This document shows positions 1 through 11,249 of a stretch of DNA of 64,000 bases, piece by piece. The notes beneath the pieces were generated by a model. The model searched no databases. It saw nothing but the letters and a program-made list of their open reading frames with translations, and was not told the origin of the DNA. The stretch's first letter is position 1. Each line of letters begins with the position of its first letter. Origin of the DNA: Nemertoderma westbladi (Eukaryota; Animalia; Xenacoelomorpha); contig JAUCBJ010008544.1 in NCBI GenBank assembly GCA_032718475.1, positions 1 to 64,000 of the forward strand, written 5' to 3'. Made by a program: the position numbers and the translations under genes.

Positions 1-211
1 CAAATCAAGGTTCATTACATGGATATTATTTAAACCATTAGAAGAATAGTATTTCAAACATTAGAAGGAGTTACTATTTGAAGCGAAAATAATTAGGAGA
101 AAATTCAAAAATGAAATATATAAATAAAATTAGAATGGTTTAGTCAAATATGTTAGTTATTGCTAAATAATTACTAGGTTACTTAAGGTAGGCTGTTCAC
201 TTATATTTCAG

Positions 212-3200
212 GCTCTACAGACAAATTCTCGAGCGGCTTTACAGAGGGTAGCCACTGAATACAACAGAATACTACTTAATGTAGCTGGCAATGGGGATTG
301 TATGTTCAGTGCCATCCTTGCCTCTGATCCGACAATAGTCACTACGGCACGGGATATGAGAATACGGTCACAAACATTTCTTCGTGCAAATAAGGGTGAA
401 TTTGCACCGAAATATTTTCCTGATCCCCTTTATGAACCAAGTGATTTTGATGTATATGTCAACTCGTTAACGAATCAAAATGTCTTTGGTAATTCTATTG
501 TATTAGAATCTCTTGGACGAATATATAAACGTTTATTTGTGGTAATATCAACAGAGTCAAGGTCTGGACGAGCTTATTCTGTACGTGTAGGATTGAATGG
601 AGCACCGGAAGTTATGATTGCACATGACCATCAGGGTCAGCACTATTATGGTCTTCAGCCTATAAATAGAGGTACGCAACCAATTCCTCTTCCTCCACAG
701 CAATTCATGTCATCTAATTCTACCGAATTACCACGACCCAATACCCCAATTCAACCCCAAGTTCCTCTTGATTCCCAATCACAACAACCTGCATCCGAAC
801 CCCAACTGCCTAACTGTGAGGATGCTATGGATTGGGGGGACTTTGAGGACAATGAGGAGGCTCTTCATTATGATACTATTGGTCTGTTTGATGTCCCAGA
901 AATTGAGGATGACGACTATACTGATAGTGATAGTGATAGTGAGGTATCTGATGATGATAGCAATCAACCAATGGATGTTGATGGTGATAATGTAATCATC
1001 CTAGAGAATGAGATAGAATGTGAAAACTGCAGACGAATAAAAACAGCTGACTATCCATTGTCTTTGCGATTGACAAATAAAACACACAATCGGGAATACG
1101 GTTTTCTTCTCCGCGCTCGTCATGATGAGTATATTCTTTGCGAGGAATGTTCCAAATATTTGACAAGCGGTGATGGTAGAAGACGTGAATCACAGTGGTC
1201 ATGTGCTTGGCCATCATTCATTTATAGTAGTCTTGTGAAGAAAGTTCCTGGTTTCATAGAAAATCCAACTAATCTTCTGGATTTATTACCCGAAACATTG
1301 AGGGACAGCTGGAGGTGTGTCATCAATGCCCAACAACTACATCCTACTATGAGTGTGGTAAAAGATTTTACCCAGATACTTGGAGAATACAACAATGCTA
1401 TGAAAAATCCAGACATTGGAAACTTAGTAAAGATTCTAAATGAATACTGCTTTCCTGGTGTTGTATGTCCTATGGGTTGTACACAGCATATAGAAGATTG
1501 TAAACCTATAGGGTTTCATCACTTCCTTGCATCACGATTTCCAATTCGTAGAATATTTAATGCAAATCCTGATCAAGCAAAGTCGTTTAGGAATGATTGG
1601 CCTTATTCCTTCAAGGAACTACGTTGGGAGTCAATGGGTGGCGTTATAGTCTCTTCAGCTGGCTTATCAATCTTAGTTTGTAAGCAACATAAGAGTACGA
1701 ACAAACAATTATTCCACCTTCCTAATAATCCAACATGTAAGGATGACCCTCATATACAAGATGATGAATTCTCCATGGCAGCTATATCACCACATATTAT
1801 TCGTGGCCCTAGACTGCGTAAGTATCAAAACAGTTACCATACAATAACTGCTACAGGTAATTATCATGGGTTATCCTCATGTTATGTGGACCTAGATCCT
1901 ATATATTATACAAAGGTTCTTCCAGATCCAGAGGAGCTATTTGAATATGGTAATCGACTCACACTAGAACATCGACCTGATGTACTGGAATTTGTCAGTC
2001 GCGGGCGGCGGCATCTGGAGGATGATTACATTGACGTACTCCTTAACTATTATGATCTTCCCGAAAACGCGTTGTTGAGAGAATGCTTAAGTGGAGCAAC
2101 GTATATGGACATAACAGATTGTTATAAAATTCATGATCGGATTTTAAACAAGGGAACTGAAGACAATGATGAAGGTAAATTTTCATTCAAAAATATCTGC
2201 CAGGAAGAAATGCCTCTCATGCAACCATTTACCCCTATGGGACGAAAGTCATGGCCAATTCATCGAGAATGTGATGGTCCTGATGGCCTTCGTTTACAAA
2301 TGTTATCATTCTCTGTCATGCATTGCCGTATCCTGTATAACATTCTTAATGCAGTAACAGATAAAACTCCAATACAAAAGAAATTTCTTAATTACCTCAA
2401 GCAAGTGTATAGTCGTAGTTCAGCAAAGAAAAGGAATGAAGAAGGAACTGATCTGCTTGAGAAATTGGAGGATGTTGATAACCAGTTAGGTTTGGATGGT
2501 CAACCTGTCCCTACACAAGTAGCTAAAATGTTACAAGAACTAATCCCAGGTTGCTTCTCTATCCGCAATCACCATTACATGACAGATGCAGATGTTTATG
2601 TCGTCAGTAATACGACGAATAACCAGCGTAGAAGTGATGATCCAGTACCAGAAGAAACAGATGCTTATTATCTTCATGCCGCTTTAACATGCATCACTTC
2701 TTATACATCTGATGTTGTTACCTTAAAAGGGATGTTTCGCTGGTCTTGGAGTGAGGTGAAACCTAACGGCATTACAACTGGTGAAGTCTTCCAGCAGTAC
2801 TCCTCTGAAGACAAATCAATTCAACCTGAAGAGGTGAAGGATGTCGCAGCAGAACTCAAACGTGCACACCTTTATATATATGTCAAAAAAGGTTGTTATA
2901 ACTTGTCAGATGAGATGCGTAATAATTTTAAAAAGAATTTTGCAGAACAAACTAAAATTAAGTGCGCAAAACATAATACTTTTCTACGGAAGGAATCCTC
3001 AAAGGAGGACAATGGGAAGTGCGTCAAATACCATGCTCCATCCAATAAGAACAGTACAAACATTCGGTGGCGATGCTCTGACGGTTTCCCACAAGATCAG
3101 TGTCAGATTGGAATTTGTCTCAGTCACTGGAGGAAAGAAAACTTACGTGACGAACCCGAGATACTAATTAGGACACGTGAAGTGGAAGAAGGGAATATAC

Positions 3201-6200
3201 TTATTCATCAATGGTCTATCATCAATAATTTAGCAGATGATGAGGAAGTGATTTCAGATGATGGGGAAGCTGAAGATCATGTAGATGCTGCCATGAGGAT
3301 TTATGGTGGTGATCTACTGGCCGATGAACATGATTCTGCTAATCCCTTTGAAGACTACCTATTAGGTCTGAATGAAGATCAGGATGATAATAATGAATCT
3401 GATTCTGTAGGATTTATCACTGGTTCTGAAATCCCCATCTATGATAATGGAAGAATGTCATCACACTATCTCCTGAACAACCATCTGCGTGTTCTTCGGC
3501 GTAAGAAAATTCACCATGGTGGTAAAGGATCTGCGTATGTTAATAATATCATGTATCACATTGCATCGCGTGCACCTGGTATTAACATCCCACTTCTGTA
3601 TCCTGAAGGTATATTCTTCCCTAGACATTTCTGGAAGATGACGAGTGAAGGTAGTGTTGTTGGGGCTATTCCATCATTTATGTTTGGTCTGCCATTTAAT
3701 AGCCCTAACTACGGTATTGCTTCTATGCTTGAACATATGCATGTTAGAATATACGATGAACGTCTTTTCTCTTCGAAGGAGCCTTCATATATACACTACT
3801 GGTTTGATGTATATATGAATGCAATATTGAATCAAAATTCGACACAGCTTGTACTCCAGAAGGGATTTGAGCAAGTCTGTGAGGGAAATGAACGTATCGA
3901 TGGTGGTGCATCAGATACCATTCTACGGTTTGATGAGATGGAATCTCGCCGGCGTGTACGAGAGCTATGTGCATTATTAAGATATGGTTATTGGAACTAT
4001 TTCTTTACTGTAACATGTAATAATAAATATACTCCTGGTATAGCGCCTATTTTTGAAGAAGTCACACTCCTATGTGAAGATCTTAATCTTGACCGTGATT
4101 ATGAGAGGGCAGCATTTATGGAGAAATATGTAGTATTATTTACACGCTGTTGGAATCGTTTCGTAAATCATCTCCATCACTGGATTGCTAATGGTGTAGA
4201 TAAGCCGTTTGGTAATGTAAAATACCTTTGGCAACGAATGGAGGCTCAGGATCAAGGAACTCCCGTAGCAAATATGTTACATATACATGGAGGAGTAACT
4301 CTTTACCCAGAGAGTAACGAGGATACTCTTGATAGAATTTGCTGTATTCCTGATGGCCTTAATGATCCCTTCTTTGGCTGTGATGAGGAAACATTGATAA
4401 AGAAGGGAATCATTAAGAATGAGGCAGAGTTTTTTGAAATATTGGAATTGAAACATCTTCAAACTCATGACTGTGATAGAGCAAACAGTCGGTGTAAGAA
4501 ACGTGTTGATACAGAGACAGGTGAGATGAAATGTCGAATGCCATTTCACCCAACCAGTGAGAAAAATTGGTTTGAGGCTAAAACTGATCTTTATAATGAG
4601 GATGCTCTCAATAACCTCGAATCCATAAATTTAATTCAAGTAAATGAAGATGGGACTCCAAAACTTGATGATGATGGTAAACGTTTGGCACATCCTAATT
4701 TGATTGGAGGAAGATGGCATTATATAGCCTCACGTCATCAAGTTGGTGTACCTACAATTCCTCTGTTGTGGTGGCTATCTCGGTCTGCAACTAATGTTCA
4801 GGCTTGTGACACAAAGTTCTGTGCATCATACTGTGCAAAGTACTTAGGAGGACAAGAGGAAAGACGAGGAATAAATATACAGGGACAGAAAACCTTGAAT
4901 ACCATCAAGGTCACTCATGGGGACCAAGAAGGTATAAAGATAACTGGTGTCAATAACCTCTTAAAAAAGAAGGAAAATTCAGAAGAAAAGAGAGGTATCA
5001 AGTCAAGGGAAATGGGATACCCTGAAGTTGTACATAATCTTCTTGGTTTTCCATATATTAAAACAAATGTTGACTTTGTCCATGTATCAACTTTGACTCC
5101 AGAATATAGACATGGTATTGTAAAGTTTACAGATAGAGATGTAGGTATTCTGGAATGTGTCCATGCACGAGAAGTGTTAGGATTACCTCCTTGGCGCCAT
5201 TTTTCAGAAAACCAAATACTTACTGTTAATGAGATGGGGACAAGTGACTATGTTGCTGATGCAATAACATCTTTTAGTATACGTGCCCCCGAACTCCATA
5301 TATTTGATAAACTTGATGTTTTCTACGAATGTTTTGGCATTATTGGGAGAATAAAGAACCATAAACCATATCCATGTCATAAAAAACTCAAAAAATGCCA
5401 ATGGGTAGATGGAAATAAGCGTCAATGGAAACTGAGACCTTCAGGCATTCCTATTGCCGTTGAATTTCTTAAATCTAAAGCTGATAAAGGGAATATAATT
5501 GCTAAACAGTTATTAGAAGAGGTATTCCAACCCATAGCTGCAGGACGATTACATAAGAGATTTGTTAGCACTCTTGTGCGACACTCAAAACCAGCAATTG
5601 TTGTATTTTCTTGCATTAGTCCTTTGCAAATGGGGCGATTCCTATTCCATTTAGCATATGTTTTCGGCAGTTTTGAGACTGAGTTAGACTTGTTAGCTGT
5701 TGCCGATATTCGGACATCATTCCTTAAAGCAAATCTTATAACTGATGATAATGATGTTCCATATGAAGAGGTCACTGATTTACTTCACTCATACGTTATG
5801 AAAGATCTTCATTACCAATCCATTGGTAATACACAATTCTGCCGTTATCTCAATTTAGCAGTAACTGGTATTAGGCAATTCTTTGCTGGTAATGGGTTGC
5901 TCTATGAAGATGTACCTCTCTTTTATGAGGATAGCATTCGAGATCAAGCTACTGCTCAAGTACAACATATAGAGGATATAAGACGCAAAAATCTTATTGA
6001 AGCACTATATGACCAGGTTGGATCTGTATTACCAAATGATAGTGATGATTTATTAAATGCCACTCGAACAGATTGCCTGAACTGGAAGCCTGTATTGAAT
6101 GTAGCTCCTGGTCAAACACAGGTATCACTTGCTGAGCAACAGGATGCTCTCCAACTACTAATGAATGCCATAGATGAATATCGGCATCCTGCAACAACAA

Positions 6201-8122
6201 TGGTCCATTCCCCTTGGTTAGTAGGATCACCAGGTGTTGGAAAAACACACGTAATGTTACTGGGTATGGCATATAGCCTCGCATGTGGTTTGAATGTACA
6301 ACTTACAGCGATTACAAGCGAAAGGGCAAGACTCTTAGGTGGTGAACATCTCCACTTACTTTTCCCATTCCCTGTTAATGATTATAAATCAACATCAACG
6401 ACCACTGGAATGGCTCAAGACTGCTTATTGATGTTAGCCAAAAATCCCACCAAACTTGCTTTACTCAAACGATTAAATATAATTTTCTTTGAGGAAGTTG
6501 GCATGCTCTCATGTGAGTATCTCGCTAGCATTGATCTGGTTTTACGTAGAATATGTAACACTCAGAGACCATTTGGTGGGAAATTATTTATTGCCTGCGG
6601 TGATCATAAACAGTTGGAGCCTGTTGAGGGTAGGCCTGTTTGGTTGAGTACACATATTATAACAACGTTTAAACTTGCTGTATTAAGGCATTTTGTTCGC
6701 AGTGCCAATGATGATGAATTACAGCTTGTCATAATGATTCTACGCACAAACAACCCAACTGAAAATGAGGTGGATCAAATGATTAACATATTACGGAGGC
6801 GTTGCACTTTCGTTGATAGTTGGGATGATGTGCAAGACGATGTGTTAAAAGTTGTTGGAACTAGAGCGGCTGAGCAGAAAGTGCTCCAGAAATACCTTAC
6901 TTCACATCGAGGTGAGGTAGGGACAATATGTATCAACAGCCGTGATCAAGTAAATAGTGGGAATCCATCAGAGGAAAATTTATGGAGGGATACAGATGCA
7001 AGTAACATCATCAGATCCATAAGTAAATCGGTTCGTGAACCAAAAGAATTGATTTTATTCCCAGACCAGATACTTCGTTTTACATATAATCGACATTCTG
7101 ACCATCCTGCATTTTCGAATGGGCAATTATTTATTGTTAATAAAGTGCCTGCTGATTCAAGTGATTCATTGGATGGAAGTATTGTACCTAAAGGTTGCCG
7201 ACGTGTAAACCAAGAAGATGCTCAAATGTGGCCGACAGTCAAACTATTTCAGCGTAAACTTCCCCCCCCGGTTATAGTTGGTTATGGTAGTAACGCTTTA
7301 ATGGGTAGACGAATACAATTTCCTGTCCGCTACTTTGGAGCATGCACTATTCATGGAGTTCAAGGTCAGGATTGTTTATGTATAGCAACTCAGATATCCC
7401 TTGACATGACTAGTGTGTTTAGGATTTGGCTTAAAACTCAAGTAATTACACTCATTTCAAGAATTTCGAATCTTGATAGATTTATATTTGTGGGTTCCAA
7501 GGTGGAAACTTTTAACTGCATTCGGATTTTAGCAAGTAAAAAGTCGCCAAATCAAGAATATATTGATCATTTATTACGACGTCTTAATGTCCTTAGTGAT
7601 CAACCGGTGGAACCTATAACATTTGCTCATTGTCCTATATTACCATATTATAGGGATATTCCAACGTCACATACCGGCTTTGTGTATATGTTAATTAGTA
7701 TTAGGTACCCTGATAAAGTAACTTATACAGGACAAACCGAAGAATTGAAATCAAGATTTCGGTGCCACCAGAATAAAACTGGTTCTGACTTTACAAAGAA
7801 TCCAGCATATCATCCCTGGGCTCTACATGCATTCATTAGTGGGTTCCCTGGGGAAGCAAAGGGGGATCTTAATAAAAAATTCCGTAAAGAATTTGAAGAT
7901 GATTGGCATTTCACAACAGATACCCCAAGAGGAGGTGGTAACACAACTCTTGGACGAGAGTATATATATAATGTTGGTGTTGAAATGGTTAGAACTTGGA
8001 ATGCTAATAAATATTATAAAGATGAATCAGGAGAAAATAAGAAATTTAACCTCATAATGTGTCGTTGTCAAGAAATTGACGATGGTATTGTAGTAGAGGA
8101 ACCTGATGAACCTGATCCATAG
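212..8122 (+). CDS. Helitron/Helentron-like Rep-helicase polyprotein (OTU protease - HUH Rep - PIF1-family SF1 helicase - SLX1-like GIY-YIG nuclease); terminal exon, 5' exon(s) probably outside the window
   Basis: 2606-aa ORF 302-8122; frame stays open upstream to a splice acceptor ttatatttcag|(211/212), adding the OTU motif VAGNGDCMFSAI, with HYYGL downstream. Rep motifs YFFTVTCN (~4000), EAQDQG...LHIH (HUH, 4280-4288), YCAKY (4829-4843). Walker A GSPGVGKT (6224-6247), FEEVGM, PFGG...GDHKQLEPV, QFPVRYFGACTIHGVQG. C-terminal GFVYML...TYTGQT...RFRCH...PW...GFP...FEDDW. Confidence 0.88.
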   Translation, partial: ALQTNSRAALQRVATEYNRILLNVAGNGDCMFSAILASDPTIVTTARDMRIRSQTFLRANKGEFAPKYFPDPLYEPSDFDVYVNSLTNQNVFGNSIVLESLGRIYKRLFVVISTESRSGRAYSVRVGLNGAPEVMIAHDHQGQHYYGLQPINRGTQPIPLPPQQFMSSNSTELPRPNTPIQPQVPLDSQSQQPASEPQLPNCEDAMDWGDFEDNEEALHYDTIGLFDVPEIEDDDYTDSDSDSEVSDDDSNQPMDVDGDNVIILENEIECENCRRIKTADYPLSLRLTNKTHNREYGFLLRARHDEYILCEECSKYLTSGDGRRRESQWSCAWPSFIYSSLVKKVPGFIENPTNLLDLLPETLRDSWRCVINAQQLHPTMSVVKDFTQILGEYNNAMKNPDIGNLVKILNEYCFPGVVCPMGCTQHIEDCKPIGFHHFLASRFPIRRIFNANPDQAKSFRNDWPYSFKELRWESMGGVIVSSAGLSILVCKQHKSTNKQLFHLPNNPTCKDDPHIQDDEFSMAAISPHIIRGPRLRKYQNSYHTITATGNYHGLSSCYVDLDPIYYTKVLPDPEELFEYGNRLTLEHRPDVLEFVSRGRRHLEDDYIDVLLNYYDLPENALLRECLSGATYMDITDCYKIHDRILNKGTEDNDEGKFSFKNICQEEMPLMQPFTPMGRKSWPIHRECDGPDGLRLQMLSFSVMHCRILYNILNAVTDKTPIQKKFLNYLKQVYSRSSAKKRNEEGTDLLEKLEDVDNQLGLDGQPVPTQVAKMLQELIPGCFSIRNHHYMTDADVYVVSNTTNNQRRSDDPVPEETDAYYLHAALTCITSYTSDVVTLKGMFRWSWSEVKPNGITTGEVFQQYSSEDKSIQPEEVKDVAAELKRAHLYIYVKKGCYNLSDEMRNNFKKNFAEQTKIKCAKHNTFLRKESSKEDNGKCVKYHAPSNKNSTNIRWRCSDGFPQDQCQIGICLSHWRKENLRDEPEILIRTREVEEGNILIHQWSIINNLADDEEVISDDGEAEDHVDAAMRIYGGDLLADEHDSANPFEDYLLGLNEDQDDNNESDSVGFITGSEIPIYDNGRMSSHYLLNNHLRVLRRKKIHHGGKGSAYVNNIMYHIASRAPGINIPLLYPEGIFFPRHFWKMTSEGSVVGAIPSFMFGLPFNSPNYGIASMLEHMHVRIYDERLFSSKEPSYIHYWFDVYMNAILNQNSTQLVLQKGFEQVCEGNERIDGGASDTILRFDEMESRRRVRELCALLRYGYWNYFFTVTCNNKYTPGIAPIFEEVTLLCEDLNLDRDYERAAFMEKYVVLFTRCWNRFVNHLHHWIANGVDKPFGNVKYLWQRMEAQDQGTPVANMLHIHGGVTLYPESNEDTLDRICCIPDGLNDPFFGCDEETLIKKGIIKNEAEFFEILELKHLQTHDCDRANSRCKKRVDTETGEMKCRMPFHPTSEKNWFEAKTDLYNEDALNNLESINLIQVNEDGTPKLDDDGKRLAHPNLIGGRWHYIASRHQVGVPTIPLLWWLSRSATNVQACDTKFCASYCAKYLGGQEERRGINIQGQKTLNTIKVTHGDQEGIKITGVNNLLKKKENSEEKRGIKSREMGYPEVVHNLLGFPYIKTNVDFVHVSTLTPEYRHGIVKFTDRDVGILECVHAREVLGLPPWRHFSENQILTVNEMGTSDYVADAITSFSIRAPELHIFDKLDVFYECFGIIGRIKNHKPYPCHKKLKKCQWVDGNKRQWKLRPSGIPIAVEFLKSKADKGNIIAKQLLEEVFQPIAAGRLHKRFVSTLVRHSKPAIVVFSCISPLQMGRFLFHLAYVFGSFETELDLLAVADIRTSFLKANLITDDNDVPYEEVTDLLHSYVMKDLHYQSIGNTQFCRYLNLAVTGIRQFFAGNGLLYEDVPLFYEDSIRDQATAQVQHIEDIRRKNLIEALYDQVGSVLPNDSDDLLNATRTDCLNWKPVLNVAPGQTQVSLAEQQDALQLLMNAIDEYRHPATTMVHSPWLVGSPGVGKTHVMLLGMAYSLACGLNVQLTAITSERARLLGGEHLHLLFPFPVNDYKSTSTTTGMAQDCLLMLAKNPTKLALLKRLNIIFFEEVGMLSCEYLASIDLVLRRICNTQRPFGGKLFIACGDHKQLEPVEGRPVWLSTHIITTFKLAVLRHFVRSANDDELQLVIMILRTNNPTENEVDQMINILRRRCTFVDSWDDVQDDVLKVVGTRAAEQKVLQKYLTSHRGEVGTICINSRDQVNSGNPSEENLWRDTDASNIIRSISKSVREPKELILFPDQILRFTYNRHSDHPAFSNGQLFIVNKVPADSSDSLDGSIVPKGCRRVNQEDAQMWPTVKLFQRKLPPPVIVGYGSNALMGRRIQFPVRYFGACTIHGVQGQDCLCIATQISLDMTSVFRIWLKTQVITLISRISNLDRFIFVGSKVETFNCIRILASKKSPNQEYIDHLLRRLNVLSDQPVEPITFAHCPILPYYRDIPTSHTGFVYMLISIRYPDKVTYTGQTEELKSRFRCHQNKTGSDFTKNPAYHPWALHAFISGFPGEAKGDLNKKFRKEFEDDWHFTTDTPRGGGNTTLGREYIYNVGVEMVRTWNANKYYKDESGENKKFNLIMCRCQEIDDGIVVEEPDEPDP

Positions 8123-8802
8123 ATACAATTTACTATATGGACTAAATTGCTATCTCAAATACTCTTATAATTTAGCATCATTCCAATTTTATCACCCCAG
8201 TTAATAGCATGTTCACTATTATAGTTGAGGTGTACATAGTTGAGTTGCCATAATAATTGTGATATATACTAAAATAGCATTGCAATTTTATATCAGAAAT
8301 AATTAAACTCTATTATTATGCAGACTACATTTAATCAGTCATTCATTTCACCTGTGCTCTAAGTACCCCTATAAACGGCTCTGCTGACCAGTACAGTTTA
8401 CCGTAGAAACTCATTATCATTTTCGCTCACTTCCCGAAAGGTCGTTGAGTCATATCATTGGTTGAGAAAATGATGGTTTGCATTACATACTAAAACAGAG
8501 TTGCTATTATTATTTCAGAAATAATATTATGGCATAGTACCTACTTACCAACCAGCATTACTTGCTAGGAATAGGAAGTAGTATAGTAAATTATACTGGC
8601 AGCCCAATCAATCAATACAATAATATTAGATCATTGTAACATTCTGGAAACTATTCAGGATTTATTATAAAATACAATGAGATGATTACTAATATTAAGA
8701 GAGGATGATGTTTGGCTGAGAGGCCAACCAATTATTGATGGGTTGCAGTATAATAAAGGTGGAGATTGGTATGGCTAAAGGGGAGGATGGAGGCCATATT
8801 TA

Positions 8803-10164
8803 TTCAGTGCACACTGAATATCATACTATAATAAAGGTGGAGATTGGTATGGCTAAAGGGGCGGATGGAGGCCATATTTTTTCAGTGCACACTGAATATA
8901 GTACAACAATTAGTTAGTTACCTTATAGAGTTGAACATATACTGAGAATATAATGCAGAATGAATAAAACACACACTGCATATAACATACAGTTACATAC
9001 ACTGACTTGATCACCCCCACATACAACTACACACAAAAATAAATTATTTATTCAATTATTGCTTAAGGTATGATAAGAGTATGAATTTTAAACAATAAAA
9101 AATCCGATAAAAAATATATCGGATAACAAACACCCTATATAACCAGGAGCTACAGATAAAACTCCTTGGAGTATAAAAATGTACAAGAAACTCATCATTG
9201 AGTTTGTACAGTCACACTCAGCAATGAGTGGCTAACTATACGGACTAATAGTCCTGTATAAAGGGTACTTTCGTGGTACCAACCTGTATAATGGGTACTT
9301 AATTAGTACCAATAAAAGCTTCTAAATATTGTGGGTGTTTGTTATTTTACATTTCAAGATTTAAGATATTTATTTGAATGAAATCTAATCATATCTCTAT
9401 CAATATTTGATTAATCCTAAAATCAGACACCGAATGAACCGACTCCCCGACTCCAGACACTGAAGGGACCGACTCCAGACACTTTCAGTGCACACTGAAT
9501 ATCATACTATAATAAAGGTGGAGATTGGTATGGCTAAAGGGGCGGATGGAGGCCATATTTTTTCAGTGCACACTGAATATAGTACAACAATTAGTTAGTT
9601 ACCTTATAGAGTTGAACATATACTGAGAATATAATGCAGAATGAATAAAACACACACTGCATATAACATACAGTTACATACACTGACTTGATCACCCCCA
9701 CATACAACTACACACAAAAATAAATTATTTATTCAATTATTGCTTAAGGTATGATAAGAGTATGAATTTTAAACAATAAAAAATCCGATAAAAAATATAT
9801 CGGATAACAAACACCCTATATAACCAGGAGCTACAGATAAAACTCCTTGGAGTATAAAAATGTACAAGAAACTCATCATTGAGTTTGTACAGTCACACTC
9901 AGCAATGAGTGGCTAACTATACGGACTAATAGTCCTGTATAAAGGGTACTTTCGTGGTACCAACCTGTATAATGGGTACTTAATTAGTACCAATAAAAGC
10001 TTCTAAATATTGTGGGTGTTTGTTATTTTACATTTCAAGATTTAAGATATTTATTTGAATGAAATCTAATCATATCTCTATCAATATTTGATTAATCCTA
10101 AAATCAGACACCGAATGAACCGACTCCCCGACTCCAGACACTGAAGGGACCGACTCCAGACACT
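8803..10164. repeat. Near-perfect tandem duplication, 2 x ~681 bp
   Basis: ttcagtgcacactgaatatcatactata starts at 8803 and at 9484; both copies end in gggaccgactccagacact. Confidence 0.9.
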
Positions 10165-10505
10165 GAAGGGACTGACTCACCGACTCCAGACACTGAACGG
10201 ACCGACTCACCATCTCCAAACACCGAAGGAACAGACTCACCGAGTCTAGACCCTGAATCGCCAACCAGAGACACTTGAGGGACCGAATCACCAATCCCAG
10301 ACACTTGAGGGACCGACTCACCAACCCAAGACACTGAAGGGACAGACTCACTCACTCCAGACACTGAAGGAACCGAGTTACTGACTCCAGTCACTTGATG
10401 AAACGACTCACCAACCCCAGACACCGAAGGAACTGACTCACCGACTCCAGACACCTGATTAACCGACTCACCAACCTGCAGACTCTTCAGGGATCGAATC
10501 ACCTA
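10105..10505. repeat. Degenerate ~30-bp minisatellite (ccgactccagacactgaagggaccgactca)
   Basis: Repeated gactccagacactgaagggac units; explains the VSGVGESV-type ORF translations. Confidence 0.8.
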
Positions 10506-10507
10506 CC

Positions 10508-11190
10508 GCACTGAGTAGAAAACACACTGATTTGAAAACATGCTGAGTAGAAAACCAACTGAGTAGAAAACACATTGCGTATAACACACACTTGTATAAC
10601 TCACACTTAGTAAATCACATACTGAGTAGAACACAACAATTAGTTATATTACTGAGTAGAATACACTGAATGCACACTAAGTAGAAGATTACTAAGTAGA
10701 TTTTTGTATCATGTCATAAGACACTGTGATGGAATTAATTGATTCCAATAAACATCAATTTCCAGATAACTCAAGATATTATTCATACAATTCGTCTCAG
10801 TCTATTCAGTCTGAGTCTGAGATATTGAATGTAGTAGAGAAAATGTAGAAAACACACTGAGTAGAAAACATACTGAGTAGAAAAATATTCTGAGTAGAAA
10901 ACATACACAGTAGAAAAACAAACTGAGTAAAATACATCTGAATGTAAGACACACTACACTCACTGAATATATCTCATACTGAGTAGAACACAACAATTAG
11001 TTATATTACTGAGAAAAACAGATTCTGAATAGAATCCACACTGGGTAGATCACATACTGCATATAACACACACTCACTCAGTATATCACATATTGAGTAG
11101 AAGACAATAATTAGTGATATTACTGAGTAGAATATATGTTGAATACTAAGTACTAAGTTGCACACTAAGTAGAAGATTACTAAGTAGATT
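10508..11190. repeat. Degenerate tandem repeat built on actgagtagaaaacac
   Basis: Many copies of (a)ctgagtagaa; blocks near 10620-10720 and 10980-11210 are related. Confidence 0.7.
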
Positions 11191-11249
11191 TGTATATCAT
11201 ATCAAGAAGACAATCTGATTGAGTTGATTCCCAATTTCATGGACTACCA

